This document shows positions 11,218 to 24,134 of a DNA stretch of 64,000 nucleotides, piece by piece; positions within the stretch are counted from its first letter, which is position 1; every line of letters begins with the position of its first letter. Location: NCBI GenBank assembly GCA_030390025.1, contig JASTWF010000335.1:1-64000 (forward strand), read 5' to 3'. Below the pieces are notes generated by a model, which searched no databases, had not been told where the DNA came from, and worked only from the letters and a program-made list of their open reading frames with translations. The stretch is from Squalus acanthias (Eukaryota). The position numbers were made by a program, and so were the translations under genes.

Positions 11218-14200
11218 TTACTCTGTATCTAACCCGTGCTGTACCTGCCCTGGGAGTGTTTGATGGGACAGTGAAGAAGGAGCTTTACTCTGTATCTAAC
11301 CCGTGCTGTATCTGCCCTGGGAGTGTTTGATGGGACAGTGTAGAGGGAGCTTTACTCTGTATCTAACCCGTGCTGTACCTGCCCTGGGAGTGTTTGATGG
11401 GACAGTGCAGAGGGAGCTTTACTCTGTATCTAACCCGTGCTGTACCTGCCCTGGGAGTGTTTGATCGGACAGTGTAGAGGGAGCTTTACTCTGTATCTAA
11501 CCCGTGCTGTACCTGCCCTGGGAGTGTTTGATGGGACAGTGTAGAGGGAGCTTTACTCTGTATCTAACCCGTGCTGTACCTGCCCTGGGAGTGTTTGACG
11601 GGACAGTGTAGAGGAAGCTTTACTCTGTATCTAACCCCGTGCTGTTCCTGTCCTGGGAGTGTTTGACGGGACAGTGTAGAGGGAGCTTTATTCTGTATCT
11701 AACCCGTGCTGTACCTGCCCTGGGAGTGTTTGACGGGACAGTGTAGAGGGAGCTTTACTCTGTAACTAACCCGTGCTGTACCTGCCCTGGGAGTGTTTGA
11801 TGGGACAGTGTAGAGGGAGCTTTACTCTGTATCTAACCCCGTGCTGTACCTGCCCTGGGTGTGTTTGATGGGACAGTGTAGAGGGAGCTTTACTCTGTAT
11901 CTAACCCCGTGCTGTACCTGCCCTGGGAGTGTTTGCCGGGACAGTGTAGAGGAAGCTTTACTCTCTATCTAACCCGTACTGTACCTGCCCTGGGAGTGTT
12001 TGATGGGACAGTGTAGAGGGAGCTTTACTCTGTATCTAACCCCGTGCTGTTCCTGTCCTGAGAGTGTTTGATGGGACAGTGTAGAGGGAGCTTTACTCTG
12101 TATCTAACCCGTGCTGTACCTGCCCTGGGAGTGTTTGATGGGACAGTGTAGAGGGAGCTTTACTCTGTATCTAACCCGTGCTGTACCTGCCCCGGGAGTG
12201 TTTGACGGGACAGTGTAGAGGGAGCTTTACTCTGTATCTAACCCGTGCTGTACCTGCCCTGGGAGTGTTTGACGGGACAGTGTAGAGGGAGCTTTACTCT
12301 GTATCTAAACCCGTGCTGTACCTGCCCTGGGAGTGTTTGATGGGACAGTGTAGAGGGAGCTTTACTCTGTATCTAACCCGTGCTGTACCAGCCCCGGGAG
12401 TGTTTGATGGGATAGTGTAGAGGGAGCTTTACTCTGTATCTAACCCCGTGCTGTACCTGCCCTGGGAGTGTTTGATGGGGACAGTTTAGAGGGAGCTTTA
12501 CTCTGTGTCTAACCCGTGCTGTACCTGCCCTGTGAGTGTTTGACGGGACAGTGTAGAGGGAGCTTTACTCTGTATCTAAACCCGTGCTGTACCTGCCCTG
12601 GGAGTGTTTGATGGGACAGTGTAGAGGGAGCTTTACTCTGTATCTAACCCCGTGCTGTACCTGCCCTGGGAGTGTTTGATGGGATAGTGTAGAGGGAGCT
12701 TTACTCTGTATCTAAATCCGTGCTGTACCTGTCCTGGGAGTGTTTGACGGGACAGTGTAGAGGGAGCTTTACTCTGTATCTAACCCCGTGCTGTACCTGC
12801 CCTGGGAGTGTTTGATGGGATAGTGTAGAGGGAGCTTTACTCTGTATCTAACCCATGCTGTACCTGCCCCGGGAGTGTTTGATGGGACAGTGTAGAGAGA
12901 GCTTTACTCTGTATCTAAACCCGTGCTGTACCTGCCCTGGGAGTGTTTGATGGGACAGTGTAGAGGGAGCTTTACTCTGTATCTAACCCCGTGCTGTACC
13001 TGCCCTGGGAGTGTTTGATGGGACAGTGTAGATGGAGCTTTACTCTGTATCTAACCCGTGCTGTACCTGCCCTGGGAGTGTTTGATGGGACAGTGTAGAG
13101 GGAGCTTTACTCTGTATCTAACCCATGCTGTACCTGCCCTGGGAGTGTTTGACGGGACAGTGTAGAGGGAGCTTTACTCTGTATCTAACCCCGTGCTGTA
13201 CCTGCCCTGGGAGTGTTTGATGGGATAGTGTAGAGGGAGCTTTACTCTGTATCTAACCCGTGCTGTACCTGCCCTGGGAATGTTTGATGGGACAGTGTAG
13301 AGGGAGCTTTACTCTGTATCTAACCCGTGCTGTACCTGCCCTGGGAGTGTTTGATGGGACAGTGTAGAGGGAGCTTTACTCTGTATCTTACCCGTACTGT
13401 CCCTGACCCTGGGAGTGTTTGATGGGACAGTGTAGAGGGAGCTTTACTCTGTATCTAACCCGTGCTGTACCTGCCCTGGGAGTGTTTGATGGGACAGTGT
13501 CGAGGGAGCTTTACTCTCTATCTAACCCGTGCTGTACCTGCCCCGGGAGTGTTTGATGGGACAGTGTCGAGGGAGCTTTACTCTGTATCTAACCCCTTGC
13601 TGTATCAGCCCTGGGAGTGTTTGATGGGACAGTGAAGAGGGATCTTTACTCTGTATCTAACCCATGCTGTACCTGCCCTGGGAGTGTTTGATCGGACAGT
13701 GTAGAGGGAGCTTTACTCTGTATCTAACCCGTGCTTTACCTGCCCTGGAAGTGTTTGATGGGACAGTGTAGAGGGAGCTTTACTCTGTATCTAACCCGTG
13801 CTTTACCTGCCCTGGGAGTGTTTGATGGGACAGTGTAGAGGGAGCTTTACTCTGTATCTAACCCGTGCTTTACCTGCCCTGGGAGTGTTTGATGGGACAG
13901 TGTAGAGGGAGCTTTACTCTGTATCTAACCCCGTGCTGTACCTGCCCTGGGAGTGTTTGATGGGACAGTGTAGAGGGAGCTTTACTCTGTATCTAACCCG
14001 TGCTGTACCTGCCCTGGGAGTGTTTGATGGGACAGTGTAGAGGGAGCTTTACTCTGTATCTAACCCGTGCTGTACCTGCCCTGGGAGTGTTTGATGGGAC
14101 AGTGTAGAGGGAGCTTTACTCTGTATCTAACCCGTGCTGTACCTGCCCTGGGAGTGTTTGATGGGACAGTGTAGAGGGAGCTTTACTCTGTATCTAACCC

Positions 14201-15115
14201 GTGCTGTACCTGCCCTGGGAGTGTTTGATGGGACAGTGTAGAGGGTGCTTTACTCTGTATCTAACCCCGTGCTGTACCTGCCCTGCCAGTGTTTGATGGG
14301 ACAGTGTAGAGGGAGCTTTACTCTGTATCTAACCCGTGCTGTACCTGCCCTGCCAGTGTTTGATGGGACAGTGTAGAGGGTGCTTTACTCTGTATCTAAC
14401 CCCGTGCTGTACCTGCCCTGCCAGTGTTTGATGGGACAGTGTAGAGGGAGCTTTACTCTGTATCTAACCCATGCTGTACCTGCCCTGGGAGTGTTTGATG
14501 GGACAGTGTAGAGGGAGCTTTACTCTGTATCTAACCCCATGCTGTACCTGCCCTGGGAGTGTTTGATGGGACAGTGTAGAGGGAGCTTTACTCTGTATCT
14601 AACCCCGTGCTGTACCTGCCCTGGGAGTGTTTGATGGGACAGTGTAGAGGGAGCTTTACTCTGTATCTAACCCATGCTGGACCTGTCCTGGGAGTGTTTG
14701 ATGGGACAGTGTAGAGGGTGCTTTACTCTGTATCTAACCCGTGCTGTACCTGCCCTGGGAGTGTTTGATGGGACAGTGTAGAGGGAGCTTTACTCTGTAT
14801 CTAACCCGTGCTGTACTTGCCCTGGCAGTGTTTGATGGGACAGTGTAGAGGGTGCTTTACTCTGTATCTAACCCGTGCTGTACCTGCCCTGGGAGTGTTT
14901 GATGGGACAGTGTAGAGGGAGCTTTACTCTGTATCTAACCCGTGCTGTACCTGCCCTGGGAGTGTTTGATGGGACAGTGTAGAGGGAGCTTTACTCTGTA
15001 TCTAACCCGTGCTGTACTTCCCCTGTGATTGTTTGACGGGACAGTGTAGAGGGAGCTTTACTCTGTATCTAACCCCGTGCTGTACCTGCCCTGTGATTGT
15101 TTGACGGGACAGTGT
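11218..15115. repeat. 67-bp minisatellite (ACTCTGTATCTAACCCGTGCTGTACCTGCCCTGGGAGTGTTTGATGGGACAGTGTAGAGGGAGCTTT)n
   Basis: Period of 67-68 bp visible (11220, 11287, ...). Confidence 0.97.
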
Positions 15116-15173
15116 GCATGTATCTATCAATCAATCTGATCAATTTAAACAAATGAATGAGAACCAGTCCTAC

Positions 15174-15296
15174 CCGATCCAGTTCTGGGTTCCAGGAGCG
15201 AAGGAAATCACAGAGACTGATGGACAGGACGATGCTCAGCATCATCCCAGAAAATGTCAGGAGGTAGAAGACAGGAACATAAGCAAACAGCTGCCT
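15174..15296 (-). CDS. MS4A/CD20-like gene, inverted copy, TM4 exon
   Basis: 123 nt, AG/GT bounded; RQLFAYVPVFYLLTFSGMMLSIVLSISLCDFLRSWNPELDR. Confidence 0.78.
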
Positions 15297-15345
15297 CTGT
15301 AAAGAAAGCAATTGTCACGTCAACATTGTATGTATACTTCATGAC

Positions 15346-16200
15346 ATAGGAACAGGAGCCGGCCTATTCAGCCCCCTCCAGCCTGTTACCATAGATACAA
15401 GAGTAGGCCCATTCAGCCCCCTCCAGCCTGTTACCATAGGAACAGGAGGAGGCCCATTCATCCCACTCCAGCCTGTTACCATAGGAACAGGAGGAGGCCC
15501 ATTCAGCCCTCGAGCCTGTTACCATAGGAACAGGAGGAGGCCAATTCAGCCCCTCGAGCCTGTTACCATAGGAACAGGAGGAGGCCCATTCTACCCACTC
15601 CAGCCTGTTACCATAGGAACAGGAGGAGGCCCATTCAGCCCTCGAGCCTGTTACACAGGAACAGGAGGAGGCCATTCAGCCCTCGAGCCTGTTACCATAG
15701 GAACAGGAGGAGGCCCATTCAGCCCTCGAGCCTGTTACCATAGGAACAGGAGGAAGCCATTCAGCCCCTCGAGCCTATTACATAGGAACAGGAGGAGGCC
15801 ATTCAGCCCCTCGAGCCTGTTACCATAGGAACAGGAGGAAGCCATTCAGCCCCTCGAGCCTGTTACCATAGGAACAGGAGGAGGCCCATTCATCCCTCGA
15901 GCCTGTTACCATAGGAACAGGAGGAGGCCCATTCAGTCCCTCGAGCCTGTTACCATAGGAACAGGAGGAGGCCATTCAGCCCCTCGAGCCTGTTACCATA
16001 GGAACAGGAGGAGGCCATTCAGCCCCTCGAGCCTGTTACCATAGGAACAGGAGGAGGTCCATTCAGCCCCTTGACCTGTCCTACCATTCAATTAGATCAT
16101 GGCTGACCTGTACCTCAACTCCATTTACCCACCTTTGCTCCGAATCCGTCGATACCCTGACACAACAAATATCCGTCGCTCTCAATCTTGAAAAGCTCCG
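15346..16200 (-). repeat. ~43-bp minisatellite grown from the 3' terminus of a CR1-type LINE (array to ~16080, then CR1 3' UTR)
   Basis: Unit ATAGGAACAGGAGGAGGCCATTCAGCCCCTCGAGCCTGTTACC continues into CCATTCAATTAGATCATGGCTGA, which I recognise as a CR1 3' end in reverse. Confidence 0.8.
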
Positions 16201-16204
16201 ACAC

Positions 16205-16403
16205 ATCAACAGCAATGTGATAATGACCGGATAATCTGTCTTTGTTATGTTGGTTGAGGGATAACTACTGGGCCCCAGGACACCGGGGATAACTCCCCCC
16301 CGCAGCCCCCTGCTCTTCCTCGAAACAGTGTCGCGGGATCTTCCGCGTCCACCCGAGAGAGCAGACGGGGCCTCGGTTTAACGTCTCGTCCGAAAGACGG
16401 CAC
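16205..16403 (-). mobile_element. DeuSINE-like SINE fragment
   Basis: Homologous to 20284-20620 and 31520-31730 (CCTCGGTTTAACGTCTCGTCCGAAAGACGGCAC). Confidence 0.75.
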
Positions 16404-16621
16404 TGTTAATCTCCTGTTAGCTGACGCTGCTCCAGTGCAGATAGGCCCAGGATCTCAACTCTCCTCACAACCAGTATAGACGATCAGGGGCACTGCCCTG
16501 TGGCTCCAGGTGCCCATCTTTCCTCTGTGACCGGCCCCACCTCTCCCCACCGACGATAGCGTTATGCTCAAACGCTGAAGAGAAACATTTTAGATCCTCC
16601 CTTAATTATAAGAATGAAGAA

Positions 16622-16671
16622 AGGCAGAGAGAGAGAGACAGAGGCAGAGAGACAGAGAGAGAGAGACAGAC

Positions 16672-16716
<45 letters not shown>

Positions 16717-16795
16717 GAGAGACAGAGAGAGAGACAGAGAGAGAGACAGAGAGAGAGACAGAGAGAGACAGAAAGAGAGAGAGAAATAGAGACAG

Positions 16796-16868
<73 letters not shown>

Positions 16869-16932
16869 GGCAGAGAGACAGACAGAGAGAGAGAAAGAGA
16901 GACAGAGACAGACAGAGAGAGAGACAGAAGAG

Positions 16933-16985
<53 letters not shown>

Positions 16986-17343
16986 CAGAGAAACAGAGAC
17001 AGAGACAGAGACAGAGAGAGAGAGAGACAGAGAGAGAGACAGAGACAGAGAGAGAGACAGAGATACAGAGAGAGAGACAGAGATACAGAGAGAGAGACAG
17101 AGAGAGAGACAGACAGAGAGAGAGAGAGACAGAGAGAGAGAGAGACAGAGAGAGAGAGAGACAGAGAGAGAGAGACAGAGAGAGAGAGAGAGACAGAGAG
17201 AGGCAGAGAGACAGAGAGAGAGAAAGAGAGACAGAGACAGACAGAGAGAGACAGAGATACAGAGAGAGAGACAGAGAGAGAGAGACAGAGAGAGAGACAG
17301 AAGAGAGACAGAGAGAGAGAGAGCGAGAGGCAGAGAGACAGAC

Positions 17344-17374
<31 letters not shown>

Positions 17375-18215
17375 CAGAGACAGAGAGAGAGACAGAGAGA
17401 GAGACACAGAGAGACAGAGAGACAGAGAGAGAGACAGAGAGAGAGAGCGAAACAGAGAGAGACAGAGAGAGAGAGAGAGACAGAGAAAGAGAGACAGAAA
17501 GAGAGACAGAGACAGACAGACAGACAGAGAGAGAGACAGAGACAGAGAAACAGAGACAGAGACAGAGACAGAGAGAGAGAGAGACAGAGAGAGAGAGACA
17601 GAGAGAGAGACAGACAGAGAGAGAGAGAGAGAGACAGAGAGAGACAGAGAGAGAGAGACAGAGAGAGAGACAGAGATACAGAGAGAGAGACAGAGAGAGA
17701 CAGAGAGAGACAGAGAGAGAGAGACAGAGAGAGTGAGAGAGAGAGAGAGAGACAGAGGCAGAGAGACAGACAGAGAGAGAGAGAGAGACAGACAGAGAGA
17801 GACACAGAGAGACAGAGAGAGAGAGACAGAGAGAGACAGACAGAGAGACAGAGTGAGAGACAGAGAGAGAGACAGAGAGAGAGACAGAGAGAGAGACAGA
17901 GAGAGACAGAGAGAGAGAGAGACAGAGACAGAGAGAGAGAGACAGAGAGACAGAGTGAGAGACAGAGAGACAGACAGAGAGAGAGAAAGAGAGACAGAGA
18001 CAGACAGAGAGAGAGACAGAAGAGAGGCAGAGAGAGAGAGAGAGAGAGAGCGAGAGACAGAGAGAGAGAGAGAGACAGAGAAACAGAGACAGAGACAGAG
18101 ACAGAGAGAGAGACAGAGAGAGAGACAGAGACAGAGAGAGAGACAGAGATACAGAGAGAGAGACAGAGAGAGAGACAGACAGAGAGAGAGAGAGACAGAG
18201 AGAGAGACAGACAGA

Positions 18216-18249
<34 letters not shown>

Positions 18250-18397
18250 CAGAGAGAGGCAGAGAGACAGAGAGAGAGAAAGAGAGACAGAGACAGACAG
18301 AGAGAGACAGAGATACAGAGAGAGAGACAGAGAGAGAGAGACAGAGAGAGACAGAAGAGAGACAGAGAGAGAGAGAGCGAGAGGCAGAGAGACAGAC

Positions 18398-18428
<31 letters not shown>

Positions 18429-18477
18429 CAGAGACAGAGAGAGAAACAGAGAGAGAGACACAGAGAGACAGAGAGAC

Positions 18478-18508
<31 letters not shown>

Positions 18509-18979
18509 AACAGAGAGAGACAGAGAGAGAGAGAGAGACAGAGAAAGAGAGACAGAAAGAGAGACAGAGACAGACAGACAGACAGAGAGAGAGACAGAGA
18601 CAGAGAAACAGAGACAGAGACAGAGAGAGAGAGAGAGACAGAGAGAGAGAGACAGAGAGAGAGACAGACAGAGAGAGAGAGAGAGACAGAGAGAGAGACA
18701 GAGAGAGACAGAGAGAGAGAGACAGAGAGAGAGACAGAGATACAGAGAGAGAGACAGAGAGAGACAGAGAGAGACAGAGAGAGAGAGACAGAGAGAGTGA
18801 GAGAGAGAGAGAGAGACAGAGGCAGAGAGACAGACAGAGAGAGAGAGAGAGACAGACAGAGAGAGACACAGAGAGACAGAGAGAGAGACACAGAGAGACA
18901 GAGAGAGACAGACAGAGAGACAGAGTGAGAGACAGAGAGAGAGACAGAGAGAGAGACAGAGAGAGAGACAGAGAGAGAC

Positions 18980-19012
<33 letters not shown>

Positions 19013-19390
19013 CAGAGTGAGAGACAGAGAGTGAGAGACAGAGAGACAGAGAAACAAAGACAGAGACAGAGACAGAGAGAGAGACAGAGAGAGCGAGAGA
19101 CAGAGACAGAGAGAGAGAGACAGAGACAGAGTGAGAGACAGAGTGAGAGACAGAGAGACAGAGAAACAGAGACAGAGAGAGAGAGAGAGACAGAGAGAGA
19201 GAGACAGAGAGAGGGAGAGAGACAGAGAGAGAGACTGAGACAGGGAGAGAGAGAGACAGAGAGAGAGAGAGACAGAGAGAGAGACAGACAGAGAGAGAGA
19301 CAGACAGAGAGAGAGAGACAGAGAAAGACAGACATAGAGACAGAGAGAGAGACAGAGAGAGAGAGAGACAGAGAGAGACAGAGACATAGA
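16622..19390. repeat. Compound (GA)n/(GACA)n microsatellite, 2.8 kb
   Basis: Direct inspection. Confidence 0.98.
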
Positions 19391-19903
19391 CAGTACTGCC
19401 CCTCTGACAGTGCACCGCTCCCTCAGTACTGCCCCTGTGATAGTGTAGCGTTCCCTCAGTACTGACCCTCCGATAGTGCAGCGCTCCCTCAGTACTGCCC
19501 CTCCAACAGAGCAGTCCCGCAGTACTGCCCCTCCGACAGTGCGGCGCTCCGTCAGTACTGACCCTCCGACAGTGCAGCGTTCCCTCAGAACTGCCCCTCC
19601 AATAGTGCAGTGCTCCCTCAGTACTGCCCCTCCGACAGTGCAGCACTCCCTCAGTACTGCCCCTCCGACAGTGCGGCGCTCCCTCAGTACTGCCCCTCCG
19701 ACAGTGCAGCGCTCCCTCAGTACTGCCCCTCCGACAGTGCAGCGCTCCCTCAGTACTGCCCCTCCGACAGTGCAGCGCTCCCTCAGACCGCCCCTCCGAC
19801 AGTGCAGCGCTCCCTCAGTACTGCCCCTCCGACAGTGCAGCGCTCCCTCAGACCGCCCCTCCGACAGTGCAGCGCTCCCTCAGACCGCCCCTCCGACAGT
19901 GCA
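19391..19903 (-). repeat. 33-bp minisatellite (CAGTACTGCCCCTCCGACAGTGCAGCGCTCCCT)n
   Basis: Direct inspection; abuts a degenerate tRNA-like SINE head at ~19904-19990. Confidence 0.95.
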
Positions 19904-20012
19904 GGGAGCTCGATCCCACAACCTTTTGATTTAGAAGGCCAGAGAGAGCAAGAGAGAGAGAGAGAGTGTACGACCCACTGTGCTGACACCTAACCTTAGT
20001 GAAGTACCTTAC

Positions 20013-20168
20013 CTGTTGCATTGCAGCACGATAACACGCCCAGTTAAAGGAACCCGACAGGCAGTTAACTTGGCCAAACTTGAACTTGTTCAGATCCACT
20101 AAATAGACGACCATCTGGACCCCGGTTACCATGGCACTCAGGGCGGTGCAGGCCAGGCAGGCTTTCAG
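20013..20168 (-). CDS. MS4A/CD20-like gene, inverted copy, TM3 plus extracellular loop exon
   Basis: 156 nt, TTGCAG acceptor and GTAAGG donor; LKACLACTALSAMVTGVQMVVYLVDLNKFKFGQVNCLSGSFNWACYRAAMQQ. Confidence 0.8.
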
Positions 20169-20283
20169 CTGCAAGAGAGACAGGTCGCGGGCATTAGCGG
20201 CGTAAGCGGGAGAACGCCGACGCGGTCGAAGTTCGCAGTCGACGCTGGTGAGCGCGCGGAAGAGCTGGCAATCGCGCGGGCGT

Positions 20284-20620
20284 TAAAGAAAGAAAGACCT
20301 GCATTTATATAGCGCCTTACACAACCTCAGGACCTCCCAAAGCGCTTTACAGCCAATGAAGTTCTTTTGGAGTGTCGTCACTGTTGTACTGTGGGAAACG
20401 CGGCAGACACTTTGCGCACAGCAAGCTCCCACAAACAGCAATGTCATATTGACCAGATAATCAGTTTCTGTCATGTTGCTCGAGGCATAGGTTTTGGCCC
20501 AGGACACCGGGGATAACTCCCCTGCTCTTCGAAATCGTGCAGTGGGATCTTTTACGTCCACCTGAGAGGGCAGACGGGGCCTTGGTTTAGCGTCTCATCT
20601 GAAAGACGGCACCTCTGACG
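20284..20620 (-). mobile_element. DeuSINE-like SINE body with L2-type 3' tail
   Basis: Reverse complement contains GGTGCCGTCTTTCAGATGAGACG and ends AAGGCGCTATATAAATGCAGGTCTTTCTT. Confidence 0.8.
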
Positions 20621-22435
20621 GTGCAGCGCTCCCTCAGTACTGCCCCTCCGACAGTGCAGCGCTCCCTCAGTACTGCCCCTCCAACAGTGCAGCGCTCCCT
20701 CAGTACTGCCCCTCCGACAGTGCGGCACTCCCTCAGTACTGCCCCTCCGACAGTGCAGTACTCCCTCAGTACTGCCCCTCCGACAGTGCAGCCCTCCCTC
20801 AGTACTGCCCCTCCGACAGTGCAGCCCTCCCTCAGTACTGCCCCTCCGACAGTGCAGCTCTCCCTCAGTACTGCCCCTCCGACAGTGCGGCGCTCCCTCA
20901 GTACTGCCCCTCCGACAGTGCGGCACTCCCTCAGTACTGCCCCTCCGACAGTGCAGTACTCCCTCAGTACTGCCCCTCCGACAGTGCAGCTCTCCCTCAG
21001 TACTGCCCCTCCGACAGTGCAGCGCTCCATCAGTACTGCCCCTCCAACAGTGCAGCGCTCCCTCAGTACTGCCCCTCCGACAGTGCAGCCCTCCCTCAGT
21101 ACTGCCCCTCCGACAGTGCAGCACTCCCTCAGTACTGCCCCTCCGACAGTGCGGCACTCCCTCAGTACTGCCCCTCCGACAGTGCAGTACTCCCTCAGTA
21201 CTGCCCCTCCGACAGTGCAGCACTCCCTCAGTACTGCCCCTCCGACAGTGCAGCTCTCCCTCAGTACTGCCCCTTTGACAGTGCAGCTCTCCCTCAGTAC
21301 TGCACCTCCGACAGTGCAGCGCTCCCTCAGTACTGCCCCTCCGACAGTGCGGCGCTCCCTCAGTACTGCCCCTCCGACAGTGCAGCGCTCCCTCAGTACT
21401 GACCCCTCCGATAGTGCAGCGCTCCCTCAGTACTACCCCTCCGACAGTGCAGCGCTCCCTCAGTTCTGCCCCCTCCGACAGTGCGGCGCTCCCTCAGTAC
21501 GGCCCCTCTGACAGTGCGGCGCTCCCTCAGTACGGCCCCTCTGACAGTGCGACGCTCCCTCAGTACGGCCCCTCCGACAGTGCAGCGCTCCCTCAGTACT
21601 GACCCTCCGACAGTGCGGCGCTCCCTCAGTACTGCCCCTCCGACAGTGTGACGCTCCCTCAGTACTGCCCCTCCGACAGTGCGGCGCTCCCTCAGTACGG
21701 CCCCTCCGACAGTGCAGCGCTCCCTCAGTACTGCCCCTCCGACAGTGCAGCGCTCCCTCAGTACTGCCCCTCCGACAGTGTGACGCTCCCTCAGTACTGA
21801 CCCTCTGACAGTGCGACGCTCCCTCAGTACTGCCCCTCCAACAGTGTGACGCTCCCTCAGTACTGCCCCTCCGACAGTGCGGCGCTCCCTCAGTACGGCC
21901 CCTCCGACAGTGCGACGCTCCCTCAGTACTACCCCCTCCGACAGTGCGGCGCTCCCTCAGTACGGCCCCTCCGACAGTGTGACGCTCCCTCAGTACTGAC
22001 CCTCTGACAGTGCAGCGCTCCCTCAGTACTGCCCCTCCGACAGTGCAGCGCTCCCTCAGTACTGCCCCTCCGACAGTGCAGCGCTCCCTCAGTACTGCCC
22101 CTCGACAGTGAGCGCTCCCTCAGTACTGACCCTCTGACAGTGCAGCGCTCCCTCAGTACTGCCCCTCTGACAGTGTGACGCTCCCTCAGTAATGCCCCTC
22201 TGACAGTGCGGCGCTCCCTCAGTACTGCCCCTCTGACAGTGTGACGCTCCCTCAGTAATGCCCCTCTGACAGTGCGGCGCTCCCTCAGTAATGCCCCTCT
22301 GACAGTGCGGTGCTCCCTCAGTAACGCCCCTCTGACAGTGCGGCGCTCCCTCAGTACTGCCCCTCTGACAGTGCGGCGCTCCCTCAGTACTGCCTCTCAG
22401 ACAGTGCGGCGCTCCCTCAGTACTGCCCCCTCTGA
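20621..22435 (-). repeat. 33-bp SINE-derived minisatellite
   Basis: Direct inspection; contiguous with the SINE body. Confidence 0.97.
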
Positions 22436-22468
22436 CCGTGCGGTGTAAGTGTTCCTTGCTCTACTCAC

Positions 22469-22525
22469 CAGCACTTTGCCTGGGTCCTTCTCACTCACGA
22501 TTGCGAGGGAGCCGGATATTCCCAG
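22469..22525 (-). CDS. MS4A/CD20-like gene, inverted copy, 57-nt exon (LGISGSLAIVSEKDPGKVL)
   Basis: ACAG acceptor and GTGAGT donor; ISGSL..EK motif. Confidence 0.8.
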
Positions 22526-22794
22526 CTGTGAAGGAGAACGAGCCGTTAACAGACAGACTGGCCGCAAGGGGCATTGAGATGGTGAAGATTAGTATCCACA
22601 GCAATGAATGCAGGTGCAGAAACTGCCCTGAGTAACATATACTTTAATCTTACTGTTTCCTTCCCTCTCCCAACAGACTGAAGGCGCTCCACCCGCTGGA
22701 AAGAGAGCGCGAGAGGGTTTTTTTAATTCATTCACGGGATGTGGGCGTCGCCGGCAAGGCCAGCGTTTATTAGCCGTCCCTAATTGCCCTCGAG

Positions 22795-24125
22795 AATCAT
22801 AGAACGGTTACAGCACAGAAGGAGGCCATTCGGCCCGTCGAGCCCGTACCGGCTCTCTGCAAGACCACTTCAGCTAGTCGCACTCCCCCACCCTTTCTCC
22901 GTAGCCCTGCAAATTTCTTTCCTTCAGGTACTTATCCAATTCCCTTTTGAAAGCCGCGATTGAATCTGCCTCCACCACCCTCTCAGGCAGTGCATTCCAG
23001 ATCCTAACCACTCGCTGCGTAAAAAAGTTCTTCCTCATGTTGCCTTTGGTTCTTTTGCCAATCGCCTTAAATCTGTGTCCTCTGATCCTCGACCCTTCCG
23101 CCAATGGGAACAGTTTCTCTCGATCTACTGTGTCCAGACCCCTCATGATTTTGAACACCTCTATCAAATCTCCTCTCAACCTTCTCTGCTCCAAGGAGGA
23201 ACAACCCTAGCTTCTCCAGTCTCTCCACGTAACTGAAGTCCCTCATCCCTGGTACCATTCTGGTCAATCTCCCCTTAACCTTCTCTGCTCCAAGGAGAAC
23301 AACCCCAGCTTCTCCAGTCAATCCACGTAACTGAAGTCCCTCATCCCTGGTACCATTCTGGTCAATCTCCCCTTAACTTTCTCTGCTCCAAGGAGAACAA
23401 TCCCAGCTTCTCCAGTCTATCCACGTAACTGAAGTCCCTCATCCCTGGTACCATTCTGGTCAATCTTTTCTGCACCCTCTCTAAGGCCTTCACATCCTTC
23501 CTAAAGTGCGGTGCCCAGAATTGGACACAATACTCCAGTTGAGGCCGAACCAGTGTTGTATAAAGGTTCGTCATAACTTCCTTGCTGTTCTACTCTGTGC
23601 CTCTATTTATAAAAGTGAGAAGTCGCACAACACCAGGTTATAGTCCAACAGCTTTATTTGAAATCACAAGCTTTCGGAGCGCTGCTCCTTCATCAGGTGA
23701 AGTGAAGAGATGCATATAGGCACAGCATATATAGACAGAGAACACTGCCAGATGATTACATCTCCACATCATGGCTTCTATTTATGAAGCCCAGGATCCC
23801 GTATGTTTTTTTAACCACTTTCTCAACCTGCCCGCCACCTTCAACGATTTGTGCACATATACCCCCAGGTCTCTCTGTTCCTGCACCCCTTTAGGATTGT
23901 ACCCTTTAGTTTATATCGCCTCTCCTCGTTCTTCCAACCAAAATGTATCACTTCGCACTTTTCTGCGTTAAATTTCATCTGCCACGTGTCCGCCCATTCC
24001 ACCAGCCTGTCTATGTCCTCTTGAAGTCTATCGCTCTCCTCCTCACTGTTCACTATACTTACAAGTTTTGTGTCATCTGCAAATTTTGAAATTGTGCCCT
24101 GTACAACCCACGTCCAAGTCATTAA
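22795..24125 (-). mobile_element. CR1-clade LINE 3' fragment (RT C-terminus), interrupted by a Penelope-like piece
   Basis: [69 protein letters not shown]. Confidence 0.92.
23615..23775. mobile_element. Short Penelope-like insertion (inverted pLTR plus tail remnant), hammerhead at 23664-23700 (-)
   Basis: Same pLTR as 9978; flanked by TCTATTTAT at 23602-23610 and 23777-23785. Confidence 0.8.
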
Positions 24126-24134
24126 TGGTGAGCC

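Noticed and set aside
16568..19646. ORFs of 700-1000 aa (SLSL.., RERE..)
   Set aside because: Translations of the GA/GACA microsatellite; open in several frames only because the repeat lacks stops.
20552..21602. Mucin-like (STAPPTVQRSL)n ORFs, also at 29283, 30759 and 56946
   Set aside because: The 33-bp SINE-derived unit is a multiple of three, so it is open in most frames on both strands; no splice evidence.
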